A stretch of 64,000 nucleotides of DNA from an uncultured Pseudomonadota bacterium (lineage in GTDB: Bacteria > Myxococcota_A > Polyangia > Fen-1088): positions 1 through 64,000 of the forward strand of contig CAWKBC010000040.1 in assembly GCA_963847705.1 (NCBI GenBank), read 5' to 3'. Shown here in pieces: positions 1 through 9,177 of this stretch. Positions within the stretch are counted from its first letter, which is position 1. Each line of letters begins with the position of its first letter. The notes beneath the pieces are model-generated. The model ran no database searches. It was not told the origin of the DNA and saw nothing but the letters and a program-made list of their open reading frames with translations. Position numbers and translations under genes: made by a program.

Positions 1-77
1 GGCTCCCCCTCTTCAGCGCGACGCCGGCTCGGCGGAGCCGAGCCTCCCGTTGGAAAAGACGCTGCGCTTCGCGCGCT

Positions 78-830
78 CTACGCCGCGAATGTCGAGGCCA
101 AGAGAGCTTCGGTGAATTCGGGGACGTCACGAAAGCGCGGGGCGCGGGCCCACGGATAGAAGTCGTAAGGGTCGATCATCGCCGCGCGGATCCCGACGGC
201 GTGGGCGCCGTCGACGTCGGCCGACGGTGAGTCGCCGACCATGAGGGCCTCGCTGGCATCGACGCCGAGCCGTTCGAGTGCCAGCGCGAAGATGCGAGGG
301 TCGGGTTTCGTGAACCCCACGACCGAGGAGTCGATGACCGTCGCGAAGAGAGCGTGCAGGTCGATCTCGATCAGCATCTGTTCGATCGTCCCCTCGCTGT
401 TGGAGACGACGGCCAGCTTGAAGCCGGCGGCGCGGAGCCGCTCGAGCGACTCGCGGACACCGGTGCCGATGCGGCGCCAGGCGTTGCTGGCGCGGTGCTC
501 GCGCAGGATGACGGACGCCGCGTGATCGAGTGAGGCGGGTTCGCCGGGCGCCTCCGCCAGGGCGAGCAGCCGGCGGTAGAGGTGCTGGTGCCAGCTGAAA
601 CCTCCGTCCGCGTGCGTGCGCATGATGACCCCTTCCGTCTCGCGAAACTCGGAGCGCAGCGCACGTTCGGCCTGCTCCAGCGCCGCCGCGTCGACGGTCA
701 CGCCAGCCTGGGCGGCGTAGGCGGCCAGCCGCACGCCGTCGTGGAAGGTCAGCGTGAACCCGGCGTCGAAGAGGATGGCGCGGGGGGTCGGTTTGAACAG
801 CGCCGCAGCTTCCTGGTATGAGGCGGACAT
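78..830 (-). CDS. HAD-IA family hydrolase
   Basis: Motifs ILFDAGFT, VSNS, KPDPRIF, MVGDSPSADVDGA. Confidence 0.9.
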   Translation of the reverse strand: MSASYQEAAALFKPTPRAILFDAGFTLTFHDGVRLAAYAAQAGVTVDAAALEQAERALRSEFRETEGVIMRTHADGGFSWHQHLYRRLLALAEAPGEPASLDHAASVILREHRASNAWRRIGTGVRESLERLRAAGFKLAVVSNSEGTIEQMLIEIDLHALFATVIDSSVVGFTKPDPRIFALALERLGVDASEALMVGDSPSADVDGAHAVGIRAAMIDPYDFYPWARAPRFRDVPEFTEALLASTFAA

Positions 831-1413
831 GGTCAGGTTGAACCGGATCTACACCAAAGCCGGCGACGGCGGCGACACCCGCCTGGTGGGCGGTCAAAAG
901 GTCCGCAAGGATGCCCTGCGGATCGAGGCCTACGGCACCATCGACGAGCTGTCGGCCTGCATCGGCCTGGCGCGCACGGCGCTGGCGGCGCCCGGCGCGC
1001 CCGCGGGTGCCGGGGCGCTGGCCGCCATCCTCCTGCGCGTCCAGAACGAGCTCTTCAACCTGGGCAGCGATCTCGCCACGCTGGCCGCCGATCGCCGCCC
1101 CCAGCAACCGGTGATCGAGGAGCGGCACGCCACGAAGCTCGAAAACGAGATCGACGACTGGAACAGCACGCTCCCCGAGCTGCGCAGCTTCGTCCTGCCA
1201 GGCGGGGGGATGGTCGCCGCCCACCTTCACCTGGCGCGCACCGTCTGTCGCCGCGCCGAGCGCCTCATCGTCCGGCTCGGCGACGCCGAGCCGATCGGGG
1301 CCGCCGTGATCCCCTACGTCAATCGCCTGTCGGACGCGCTCTTCGTGATGAGCCGTCACGCCGCGCGCCTCTACGGCGAGCCCGAGCCGCTGTGGGAACC
1401 GGAGGAGACGTAG
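829..1413 (+). CDS. Cob(I)alamin adenosyltransferase, PduO type
   Basis: MVRLNRIYTKAGDGGDT start, YGTIDEL, ARTVCRRAER, YVNRLSDALF; start placed at ATG 829 from the family N-terminus. Confidence 0.93.
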   Translation: MVRLNRIYTKAGDGGDTRLVGGQKVRKDALRIEAYGTIDELSACIGLARTALAAPGAPAGAGALAAILLRVQNELFNLGSDLATLAADRRPQQPVIEERHATKLENEIDDWNSTLPELRSFVLPGGGMVAAHLHLARTVCRRAERLIVRLGDAEPIGAAVIPYVNRLSDALFVMSRHAARLYGEPEPLWEPEET

Positions 1414-1489
1414 CCCGACAGCGCCCGCCCGACGCCAGAGGCGCGCAAAGCGAACGACGAAGCCGGTGAGAACGGCGTATTCTGCCCAG

Positions 1490-2569
1490 GTGGCCATCGT
1501 GATCCGCGACGGCGTCCCGCTGGCGCCGTTCACGACGCTGGAGCTGGGCGGACCGGCGCGGCACTTCGTCGAGGCGCCGGACGAGGCCGCCGTCACCGAG
1601 GCGCTGCGCTGGGCCGACGGCCGCAGGTTGCCGGTGGCGATCCTGGGAGGTGGTTCGAACATGGTCGTCTCCGATGCGGGATTCGACGGTCTGGTCGTCC
1701 GGATCGCCACGCGCGGGGTTCGGTTCGAGCTGTCGGGAGGCGGCGCGGAAGTGACCGCCGCGGCCGGCGAGCCCTGGGACGCGCTGGTGGCCGAATCCGT
1801 CGGGCGCGGGCTGGGCGGCCTCGAATGCCTCTCCGGGATTCCGGGGCTGGTGGGCGCCACGCCCATCCAGAATGTCGGCGCCTACGGGCAAGAGGTGGCC
1901 GAGACGATCCGCTCGGTGCGGGTGCTGGAACGCGGTACCTGGCAGACGCGCCAGCTTTCGCCCGAGGCGTGCGGGTTCGGCTACCGGGACAGCACCTTCA
2001 AGCACGAGCCCACCCGGTTCGTGGTCCTGGCCGTCACCTTCGGGTTGGTCCCGGGCGCCGCCCCGGTGGTTCGCTACCGTGAGCTGGCCGAGAGCCTGGC
2101 CGGCGCCGGCCAGGCGGCTCCCACGCTGGCCGAGGCGCGCGCCGCCGTGCTGGCGCTGCGGGCCGGAAAGTCGATGCTGGTGGCCGCGGGCGATCCCAAC
2201 CGGCGCAGCGTCGGATCCTTCTTCACCAACCCCATCGTCGAGGCGGCCGAGGCCGCGGCCGTGGCCCTGCGCGCCGGCGCCGACGGCGCCAGCATGCCGC
2301 GCTGGCCGGCCGGCGACGGAGCGGGCCGGGTCAAGCTCTCCGCCGGCTGGCTCATCGAGCGGAGCGGCGTCGCCAAGGGGCTGCGTCGCGGTCCCGTCGG
2401 CGTCTCCAGCGCGCACGCGCTGGCCCTGGTCCACCACGGCGGCGGCACGACGGCTGAGCTGATCGCGCTGGCCCGGGAGATCCGGGAGGCGGTCCGGCGG
2501 CGGTTCGGCGTCACGCTGGTCCCGGAGCCGACTTTCGTCGGCGTCGCCTGGAACCTCGAGGCCGGCTGA
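1490..2569 (+). CDS. murB: UDP-N-acetylenolpyruvoylglucosamine reductase
   Basis: PLAPFTT, LGGGSN, GIPGLVGATPIQNVGAYG, FGYRDSTFK, SVGSFFTNP, HALALV; GTG start at 1490. Confidence 0.95.
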   Translation: MAIVIRDGVPLAPFTTLELGGPARHFVEAPDEAAVTEALRWADGRRLPVAILGGGSNMVVSDAGFDGLVVRIATRGVRFELSGGGAEVTAAAGEPWDALVAESVGRGLGGLECLSGIPGLVGATPIQNVGAYGQEVAETIRSVRVLERGTWQTRQLSPEACGFGYRDSTFKHEPTRFVVLAVTFGLVPGAAPVVRYRELAESLAGAGQAAPTLAEARAAVLALRAGKSMLVAAGDPNRRSVGSFFTNPIVEAAEAAAVALRAGADGASMPRWPAGDGAGRVKLSAGWLIERSGVAKGLRRGPVGVSSAHALALVHHGGGTTAELIALAREIREAVRRRFGVTLVPEPTFVGVAWNLEAG

Positions 2570-2680
2570 GCATCTTCCAGGGCGGCGAGCGGGCGGTCCT
2601 GGCGCGCCCGGGCCGTCTTCATGCTTCTTCACATCTGGGCGCTTGACAGCGGAGCTGGAAAGGCGGAACTTATTCAGACC

Positions 2681-3334
2681 ATGAACCGCCGTTCACCCGA
2701 TGAACGACAGCCCCCAGCTCAGAGCCTGCGCGAGCGGTTCCGGGAGACCACCCTGCAGGCGGTGCTGACCGCCGCCGAGGATGTGTTCGCCGACGCTGGC
2801 CTGCACGCCGGGCACATGGGGGAGATCGCCGAGCGCGCCGGGGTGGCGGTGGGGACCCTCTACAACCACTTCGCCGATCGCGAGGCGCTGCTGGCGGGGC
2901 TCTCTGACGCGCGCTACGCCGAGATGCTGGCGCAGGTGGACGCCGCCCTCAAGGCCAGCGTCGGCCGCCCGTTTCGCGAGCGCCTGCGGGCCCTGGTGGT
3001 GGCGATGCTCAGCTACTGGGAGCGCCACCGAAAGTTCGTCCAGATCGTCCTGCAGAACGAGACCGGGCGGTACCAGCGGACCTTCCCCACCCTCTGCGCC
3101 CACATGCGAACGAAGATGAAAGAGATCTACACACGCGTCGAGAAGCTCACCACCCAGGGGGTGCGCGAGAAGGCGCTCCGCTCCGACCTGGCCGACCTGG
3201 CCCCCTTCTTTCTCATGGGCATGATGCGCTCGCTCCTCATGCGCGACGTGATCCACGAGATCGGCGACGGTCTCACGGTCGAGGCCGATCGCCTGCTGAG
3301 CGCCTTCCTGGGCGGCATGGGGGTCCCGTCATGA
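2681..3334 (+). CDS. TetR/AcrR family transcriptional regulator
   Basis: HTH IAERAGVAVGTLYNHF; heads the efflux operon; ATG at 2681. Confidence 0.92.
   Translation: MNRRSPDERQPPAQSLRERFRETTLQAVLTAAEDVFADAGLHAGHMGEIAERAGVAVGTLYNHFADREALLAGLSDARYAEMLAQVDAALKASVGRPFRERLRALVVAMLSYWERHRKFVQIVLQNETGRYQRTFPTLCAHMRTKMKEIYTRVEKLTTQGVREKALRSDLADLAPFFLMGMMRSLLMRDVIHEIGDGLTVEADRLLSAFLGGMGVPS
2682..2695. promoter_or_regulatory. Putative TetR operator palindrome TGAAC-N4-GTTCA
   Basis: Palindrome overlaps the tetR start codon; TTGACA at 2643-2648 upstream. Confidence 0.45.
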
Positions 3335-4938
3335 GCGCCGTCGCCGGGAGCTTCCCGCTCGCGCCCGCGCGCGCGCCCGTCAACAAATGGCTGGTCACCC
3401 TCTCGGTGACCTTCGGGACGCTGATGGGGGCCATCGACACCTCGATCGTCGCCGTCGCCACGCCCCACCTGTCGGGCTCGCTCGGCGCCACCGTCGAGGA
3501 GATGACCTGGGTGACCACCGGGTTCGTCATCGCCACGGTGGTGGTCATGCCGCTCACCGCCTTTCTGGGCCGGTTCTTCGGCCAGAAGCGCGTCTATCTC
3601 TTCTCCCTCGGTCTGTTTCTGGTCGGCTCGGCCCTCTGCGGCCTGGCCCGCTCGCTGCCGATGATGGTGTTTTGCCGCGCGCTGCAGGGCCTGGGCGCCG
3701 GCGCGCTGCAACCGACCGAGCAGGCGATCCTGCGCCAGACCTTCCCGCCCGAGGAGCAGGGGATGGCGATGGCGCTGTTCGGGCTGGCGGTGGTCGTCGG
3801 TCCGGCGGCCGGCCCGGTCCTGGGCGGCTACATCATCGACAACATGAACTGGCCCTGGATTTTCTACATCAACATCCCGGTCGGTCTGCTCGGCATCTTC
3901 ATGGTGACCCGCTTCGTGCACGAGCCGGAGGACATCCGTCGCGCCAACCGCGAGCGCGCCGCCGAGCAGCGCAAGAACCTCGACTGGCAGGGCGTCCTCC
4001 TCATGACCTTCGGGCTCGCCTCGCTGCAGTACGTCCTCGAGGAAGGGAGCCGCAACGACTGGTTCTCCTCGATGCCAGTCGCGGTCTGCACCTTCCTGGC
4101 CTTCTTCCTGCTGGCCGCCTTCGTCATCCGGGAGCTCACCGCGCCGGTGCCGGCGGTCGACCTGTCCCTGTTCAAGGACAAGGTGTTCCTCTCCGGGACG
4201 ATCATCGGGTCGATCATGTTCTCGGTCCTGATGTCGATCACCTTCCTGCTGCCGCTCTTCATGCAGGAGCTGCTGGGGTTCTCGGCGGTCCAGGCCGGCC
4301 TGGCGCTCATGCCCCGGGCGCTGGCCATGATGATCGCCATCCCGCTGGCGGGGCGGCTCTACAACTACGTCCAGCCGCGCATCCTGGTGATGATCGGCGT
4401 CGTGCTGGTGGCGCTCAGCGCCTACGAGATGTCGCGCTACACGCTCGACACCAGCAGCCACTCGGTGGTCGCCGCGATCATCCTGCAAGGGTTCGGCTTC
4501 GCCCTGATCTTCGTGCCGCTCACCACGGTGGCGCTGGCCAGCATCCCGCGCTTCCGCATGACCGACGCCACCGGGCTCAACTCGCTCTTGCGCCAGATTG
4601 GCGGCTCGCTCGGGCTGGCGGCCTTCGCCACGCTGCTGCCGCACTTCGTGCAGACCGCGCGCGCCGGCCTGGTCTCGCACCTGGTGGCCGGCCGCCCCGA
4701 GGTGATGCAGCGGATCGGCGGGATTCAGGCCGGTCTCGTCGCCCGCGGGCTCGATCCCGCCACCGCCACCGCCACCACCCGCCGTGTCCTCGACGGCATG
4801 ATCACCCGCCAGGCGATGCTGCTGGCGTTCGAGCGGATGTTCATCCTGGCCGGCATCGCCTTCCTGATCGTCATCCCGATTTCGTTCCTGCTCAAAGCGC
4901 CCGCCAACATGCGCGGCAAGCGCGTCGACCTTCACTAA
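3331..4938 (+). CDS. DHA2 family MFS efflux permease (EmrB/QacA-like)
   Basis: IDTSIVAVA, RALQGLGAG, GPVLGGYI, WPWIFYINIPVG; many TM segments. Confidence 0.93.
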   Translation: MSAVAGSFPLAPARAPVNKWLVTLSVTFGTLMGAIDTSIVAVATPHLSGSLGATVEEMTWVTTGFVIATVVVMPLTAFLGRFFGQKRVYLFSLGLFLVGSALCGLARSLPMMVFCRALQGLGAGALQPTEQAILRQTFPPEEQGMAMALFGLAVVVGPAAGPVLGGYIIDNMNWPWIFYINIPVGLLGIFMVTRFVHEPEDIRRANRERAAEQRKNLDWQGVLLMTFGLASLQYVLEEGSRNDWFSSMPVAVCTFLAFFLLAAFVIRELTAPVPAVDLSLFKDKVFLSGTIIGSIMFSVLMSITFLLPLFMQELLGFSAVQAGLALMPRALAMMIAIPLAGRLYNYVQPRILVMIGVVLVALSAYEMSRYTLDTSSHSVVAAIILQGFGFALIFVPLTTVALASIPRFRMTDATGLNSLLRQIGGSLGLAAFATLLPHFVQTARAGLVSHLVAGRPEVMQRIGGIQAGLVARGLDPATATATTRRVLDGMITRQAMLLAFERMFILAGIAFLIVIPISFLLKAPANMRGKRVDLH

Positions 4939-4955
4939 CAAGCGAGAGAAACAGC

Positions 4956-6239
4956 ATGGAAAGCGCCGCACAACCCTCACAATCCACCCCGGCCATCAAC
5001 GATCGACCGCAGCCCGTGGTGGCCACGCCGCTCACCGCGGCCGCACCCGCCGTCGTCGTGGCGGACGCCCCGGCCAAGCGCAAGCGCAAGCCGTTCGTCA
5101 TCCTGGGCGTCATCGCCGTCCTCGCCCTGGCCTTCATCGGCGTCTACACGATGATGACCTCGGGGCGGGAGAACACCGATGACGCCCAGATCGCCGCCGA
5201 CGTGGTGCCGATCGGCACCCGGGTGGCGGGCGCGATCGCACGCGTCCACGTCAAGGAGAACCAGCAGGTCAAGCGGGGCGACCTCCTGATCGAGATCGAC
5301 CCCAGCGACTACGACGCGCGCGTGCAGCAGGCCGAGGCCGAGCTCGCCACCGCGAAGGCGCAGGCCGACGGCGCCCAGGCGCAGGTGGAGATCGTCGACG
5401 CGACCTCCAAGGGTGGCCTCGCCTCCGCGAAGGCCGCGCTCTCCGGCTCCAACGCCGGCGTCCAGAGCGCCAGCGCGCAGATCGCCGCCGCGCACGCTGA
5501 AGCCGCCCGCGCCGACGCCGATCTCAAGAAGGCGCAGATCGATCTCGATCGCGCCCGCACGCTCCGCCAGGCCAACGCCGTGCCGCAGGAGCGGCTCGAC
5601 AGCGTGCAGATCGCCTTCGACTCGGCGCAGGCCGCCAAGGCCCAGGCCGACGCGCAGGTCGCGCTGGCCGAGGACGCCCGCCGCAGCGCCGAGAGCCGGG
5701 TGGGCGAGGCGCGCGGCAAGGTCAGCCAGAGCGCCCCCATCGCGCCCCAGATCGCCGCGGCCCGCGCCAACGCCGATCTGGCCAACGCCCGCGTCCGCAG
5801 CGCCGAGGCCTCGCTGGCGCTGGCCAAGCTGCAGCTCGGCTACACCAAGATCTCCGCCCCCGCCGACGGCTTCGCCTCCAAGCTGACCGTCCACGAGGGG
5901 CAGCTGGTCTCCATGGGCCAACCGCTCATCCAGCTGGTCCCGAACGCGACCTACCTCGTCGCCAACTTCAAGGAGACGCAGGTCGGCCGCATGCGCGTCG
6001 GTCAGCCGGTCGAGGTCACCGTCGATGCCCTTCCGGGCCGCTCGTTCGCGGGGAAGGTCGACAGCCTCTCGGGCGGCACCGGCGCCAGCTTCTCACTCCT
6101 GCCGGCCGACAACGCCACCGGCAACTTCGTCAAGGTCGTGCAGCGTGTCCCGGTGCGGGTCGCCTGGGTGAACCTCCCGGGCGACGTGGACCTGCGCGCC
6201 GGCCTCTCGGCCGACGTCACCGTCGACGTGAGGCAGTAA
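4956..6239 (+). CDS. HlyD/EmrA family membrane fusion protein
   Basis: N-terminal TM, TDDAQ, long coiled coil, ANFKETQ, FSLLPADNATGNFVKVVQRVPVR; true start ATG 4956. Confidence 0.93.
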   Translation: MESAAQPSQSTPAINDRPQPVVATPLTAAAPAVVVADAPAKRKRKPFVILGVIAVLALAFIGVYTMMTSGRENTDDAQIAADVVPIGTRVAGAIARVHVKENQQVKRGDLLIEIDPSDYDARVQQAEAELATAKAQADGAQAQVEIVDATSKGGLASAKAALSGSNAGVQSASAQIAAAHAEAARADADLKKAQIDLDRARTLRQANAVPQERLDSVQIAFDSAQAAKAQADAQVALAEDARRSAESRVGEARGKVSQSAPIAPQIAAARANADLANARVRSAEASLALAKLQLGYTKISAPADGFASKLTVHEGQLVSMGQPLIQLVPNATYLVANFKETQVGRMRVGQPVEVTVDALPGRSFAGKVDSLSGGTGASFSLLPADNATGNFVKVVQRVPVRVAWVNLPGDVDLRAGLSADVTVDVRQ

Positions 6240-6241
6240 CC

Positions 6242-7609
6242 ATGCGCCGACAGCTCGCTCTCTCCGTCACCCTGGCCACAACTCTGTCAGCCGCCTCGTT
6301 CGCTCACGCCGCGCCGCGCGCGCTGACCATCGACGACGCGGTCGCGCTGGCGCTGCGGACCAACCCCCAGCTCGCCTCGGCGCGCGCCCGCGCGGAGGCG
6401 GGTGACATCACCGCCGTCTCCGTCGGCCGCCGCATGCTGCCCGCGATCCACGTCAGCGACGAGGCCCAGCTCTGGAACGCACCGTTCGCCATCGCCTTCC
6501 CGTCGACCGGCCCGTCGACGGGCGCGGCCATGGCGCCGATGGCCTTCGTGGTCCGCAATCAGGAGACCAACACTTTCACCGCCGCGTTCGATCAGCCTCT
6601 GATGGGGCTGTTTCGGGCCAACGACGAGCGCGAGACGCTGACGGAACAGAGCGCCGGCGACCGTGCGCAGATCGCGGCCGGCGAAGCAGACCTCCGCGCC
6701 AACGTCGAGACGCAGTTCCTCCGCGTCTTCGAGGCCCAGGCGCTGGAGCAGATCGCCAGCTCTTCGGTCCACGAGCTCGGTGACCAGGTCACCGTGGCCA
6801 AGGCGCGCCTGGCCAGCGGCGTCATCACCAACGCCGATCTGCTGCGCATCGAGGTGGCCGTGGCGAACGCCGAGCAGCAGGCGCTCGAGGCCCACAGCCA
6901 GGGTGTGACGTCGCGCGCGCAGCTCTTCGCGGCGATCGGCCTCTCACCGGCCGACGCGGCCGAGCTGACGCTGATCGCCCCCGAGGCGCGCCTGGCGGCC
7001 GTGCGCGCCAAGGGGTCCTCGCCCTCGCTGGCGGCGCTGATGCCGCTGGCCCGGGATCACCGCCCCGAGATCGCCCGTCAGGCGCACCTGATCCTGGCCG
7101 CCGATCGCCAGGTCGGCGCCAGGACGTACGCGCTCCTTCCGGACATCGACCTCGAGGGTGCCTACATCCGCACCGACGGTCAGCTGTTCGCTCCGCCGAA
7201 CTCCGCCTTCCTGGGGATCAAGGCGAACTGGGCCATCTGGGAGTGGGGCGCGTCAGATCTCCAGCGCAAGGCCGCGGCGGTTCAGGCCGACGCCGCGCGC
7301 CGTGACCAGGAGATGCTGGCGCGTCAAATCGAAGCCGAGCTCAGCACCAGCCTGGCGCAGGGTGACGCCGCGCGGGGCGCGGTCGGTACGGCCGAGACGG
7401 CGGTGGCCAGCGCCGAGGAGGCCTACCGGGTCACCGACGCGGCGCTCAAGGCGGGCACCGCCACCACCACCGACCTGCTCGAGTCGCAGTCGGCGCTCAG
7501 CCAGGCGCGCCTCAACCTGACGCGCGCCCAGTACGAGCTGGTCCTGGCCGACGTCGCGCTGGCGCACGCGAGCGGCTCCGTCGGCGTTGCGGGATTGGCG
7601 CCGCTGTGA
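6242..7609 (+). CDS. TolC family outer membrane efflux protein
   Basis: Signal peptide, LTIDDAVALAL, helical repeats, follows EmrA/EmrB homologues. Confidence 0.88.
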   Translation: MRRQLALSVTLATTLSAASFAHAAPRALTIDDAVALALRTNPQLASARARAEAGDITAVSVGRRMLPAIHVSDEAQLWNAPFAIAFPSTGPSTGAAMAPMAFVVRNQETNTFTAAFDQPLMGLFRANDERETLTEQSAGDRAQIAAGEADLRANVETQFLRVFEAQALEQIASSSVHELGDQVTVAKARLASGVITNADLLRIEVAVANAEQQALEAHSQGVTSRAQLFAAIGLSPADAAELTLIAPEARLAAVRAKGSSPSLAALMPLARDHRPEIARQAHLILAADRQVGARTYALLPDIDLEGAYIRTDGQLFAPPNSAFLGIKANWAIWEWGASDLQRKAAAVQADAARRDQEMLARQIEAELSTSLAQGDAARGAVGTAETAVASAEEAYRVTDAALKAGTATTTDLLESQSALSQARLNLTRAQYELVLADVALAHASGSVGVAGLAPL

Positions 7610-7626
7610 AAAACTGAGGGTCGCAC

Positions 7627-7842
7627 ATGATCACCCGAGCGCTCTCCAAGACCCTCCTTCTCCTCGCGATCTCCGTCGTGGTCCCCGCGGTGGCGCGCCC
7701 CGCCCTGGCGGGCGTCCACAGCGCGCAGGGGCGCCGTCACCGCCACCGCCACCACGAACGGCGCCGCGAGCACCAGCGCGAGCACGAGGCCCGCGGCGAA
7801 GACCACGGCAACCACGACGGCGAACGCCACGGCGAGCTGTAG
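7627..7842 (+). CDS. Small secreted His/Arg/Glu-rich protein
   Basis: Signal peptide ending ALA, then RRHRHRHHERRREH... Confidence 0.55.
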   Translation: MITRALSKTLLLLAISVVVPAVARPALAGVHSAQGRRHRHRHHERRREHQREHEARGEDHGNHDGERHGEL

Positions 7843-7856
7843 CGTTATCTAGCTCA

Positions 7857-8031
7857 GGACCCTCAACGGGTCCCGCGCCCCCCCGCGATGAGCTCGAGCC
7901 GGCAAACCCGTCTCTCCCTCGCGCGTTCTAGATCGGGACCCTCAACGGGTCCCGCGCCCCCCGCGATGAGCTCGAGCCGGCAAACCCGTCTCTCCCTCGC
8001 GTTCTAGATTGGGACCCTGCCGACGGGTTCC
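7857..8031. repeat. Tandem ~77-bp REP-like repeat (two full copies plus a partial third)
   Basis: Unit GGACCCTCAACGGGTCCC...GATGAGCTCGAGCCGGCAAACCCGTCTCTCCCTCGC...TTCTAGAT, with a hairpin, between convergent genes. Confidence 0.85.
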
Positions 8032-8058
8032 CCTCGCCTTGTCTCCCCGGCAGTCCGG

Positions 8059-8589
8059 CTACGGGGGGCAGATCGTCGGATCGGGGTTGGCGGAGTTCGA
8101 GCAGATGGGGTGTTGCACCCACGCGTTCACCACCTTCATCTCCCAGTCGTTCAGAGGCGGCGCCGGCGGAGGTGGCATGGGATCCGGAGAGCTCGGGCCG
8201 ATGTACGTGGCGATCGACTGGGCCCAGACGAGCGCGCCGCAGATACACTTCGTTTGGGGGGTGTTGAAGCAGGTTCCAGCGCCGCCGTCGGCCAGCGGAG
8301 GGCAAGTGTCACCGAACTGGGTGAGAAACGGCCCGGTCGGCCGTGTAGGACCGGCGGCCTTGTAAGTCATCCCCGGCACGCCTGCGGCGTTGAACGCGCC
8401 GCCGTCCGGACCGTTGCCGTGGCAGCGGGTACAGTGGGCCTGGAAGATCGGGAGCACGTCGGTGTCGAAGGCCGGCTGGGCGGGCGGCGACGGGTAGGCC
8501 ACGCAGCCCACCCCTCCCAGCGCCAACGCGGCGACCAGGCCCCCGAAAAGACCGACGAGAAGCAACCTGGGTGGGCGGGTGTTCGTCAT
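8059..8589 (-). CDS. Monoheme c-type cytochrome lipoprotein (planctomycete cytochrome c-like), paralog 2
   Basis: Lipobox-like GGVGC, FDTDVLPIFQAHCTRCHG, distal MPP, WV. Confidence 0.8.
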   Translation of the reverse strand: MTNTRPPRLLLVGLFGGLVAALALGGVGCVAYPSPPAQPAFDTDVLPIFQAHCTRCHGNGPDGGAFNAAGVPGMTYKAAGPTRPTGPFLTQFGDTCPPLADGGAGTCFNTPQTKCICGALVWAQSIATYIGPSSPDPMPPPPAPPLNDWEMKVVNAWVQHPICSNSANPDPTICPP

Positions 8590-8631
8590 GGTGAACCCGG
8601 TTCCCTTGGCTCCGCCGTCTCGGCGTCGGGC

Positions 8632-9177
8632 CTACGGGCCGGGACAGATCGTCGGATCGGGGTTGGGGGAGTTCGAGCAGACGGGGTTGGCCGTCCAGGC
8701 GTTCACGACGTTCAGCTCCCAGTCGTTCAGGGGCGGCGCCGGCGGGGGCGGCATGCGCTCCGAGTAGTTGGGGTCGATGTACATCTTGATCATGGGGGCA
8801 TAGACGAGCGCGCCGCATTCACACTTCGACGGGGGGCTGTTGAAGCAGGTTCCAGCGCCGCCGTCGGCCAGCGGGGGGCAGGCGTCGCCGAACCGGGTGA
8901 GAAAGGGGTCGGTCGGCTGGGGAGGCCCGGCGGCGTTGTAGGTCACGCCCGGCACGCCTGCGGCGTTCAGCGCGCCGCCGTCTGGACCGTTGCCGTGGCA
9001 CCGGGTGCAGTGGGCCTGGAAGATCGGCAGCACGTCGGTGTCGAAGGCCGGCTGAGAGGGCGGCGACGGGTAGGACACGCAGCCCACCCCACCCAGCGCC
9101 AGCGCGGCGGCCAGGCCCCCGAGAAGACCGACCAGAAGCAACCTGATGGGGCGGGCGATCGTCATCGTGATGCTCAC
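8632..9177 (-). CDS. Monoheme c-type cytochrome lipoprotein, paralog 1
   Basis: Same motifs (CTRCH, RMPP); near-identical to 8059-8589. Confidence 0.8.
   Translation of the reverse strand: MSITMTIARPIRLLLVGLLGGLAAALALGGVGCVSYPSPPSQPAFDTDVLPIFQAHCTRCHGNGPDGGALNAAGVPGVTYNAAGPPQPTDPFLTRFGDACPPLADGGAGTCFNSPPSKCECGALVYAPMIKMYIDPNYSERMPPPPAPPLNDWELNVVNAWTANPVCSNSPNPDPTICPGP

Noticed and set aside
3387-4955. 950-aa ORF suggesting a large EmrA fusion
   Set aside because: The N-terminal part is an off-frame GC-rich read across the MFS gene; the real start is 4956
7857-8031. Possible CRISPR array
   Set aside because: Whole units repeat with no unique spacers, and there are no cas genes in the window
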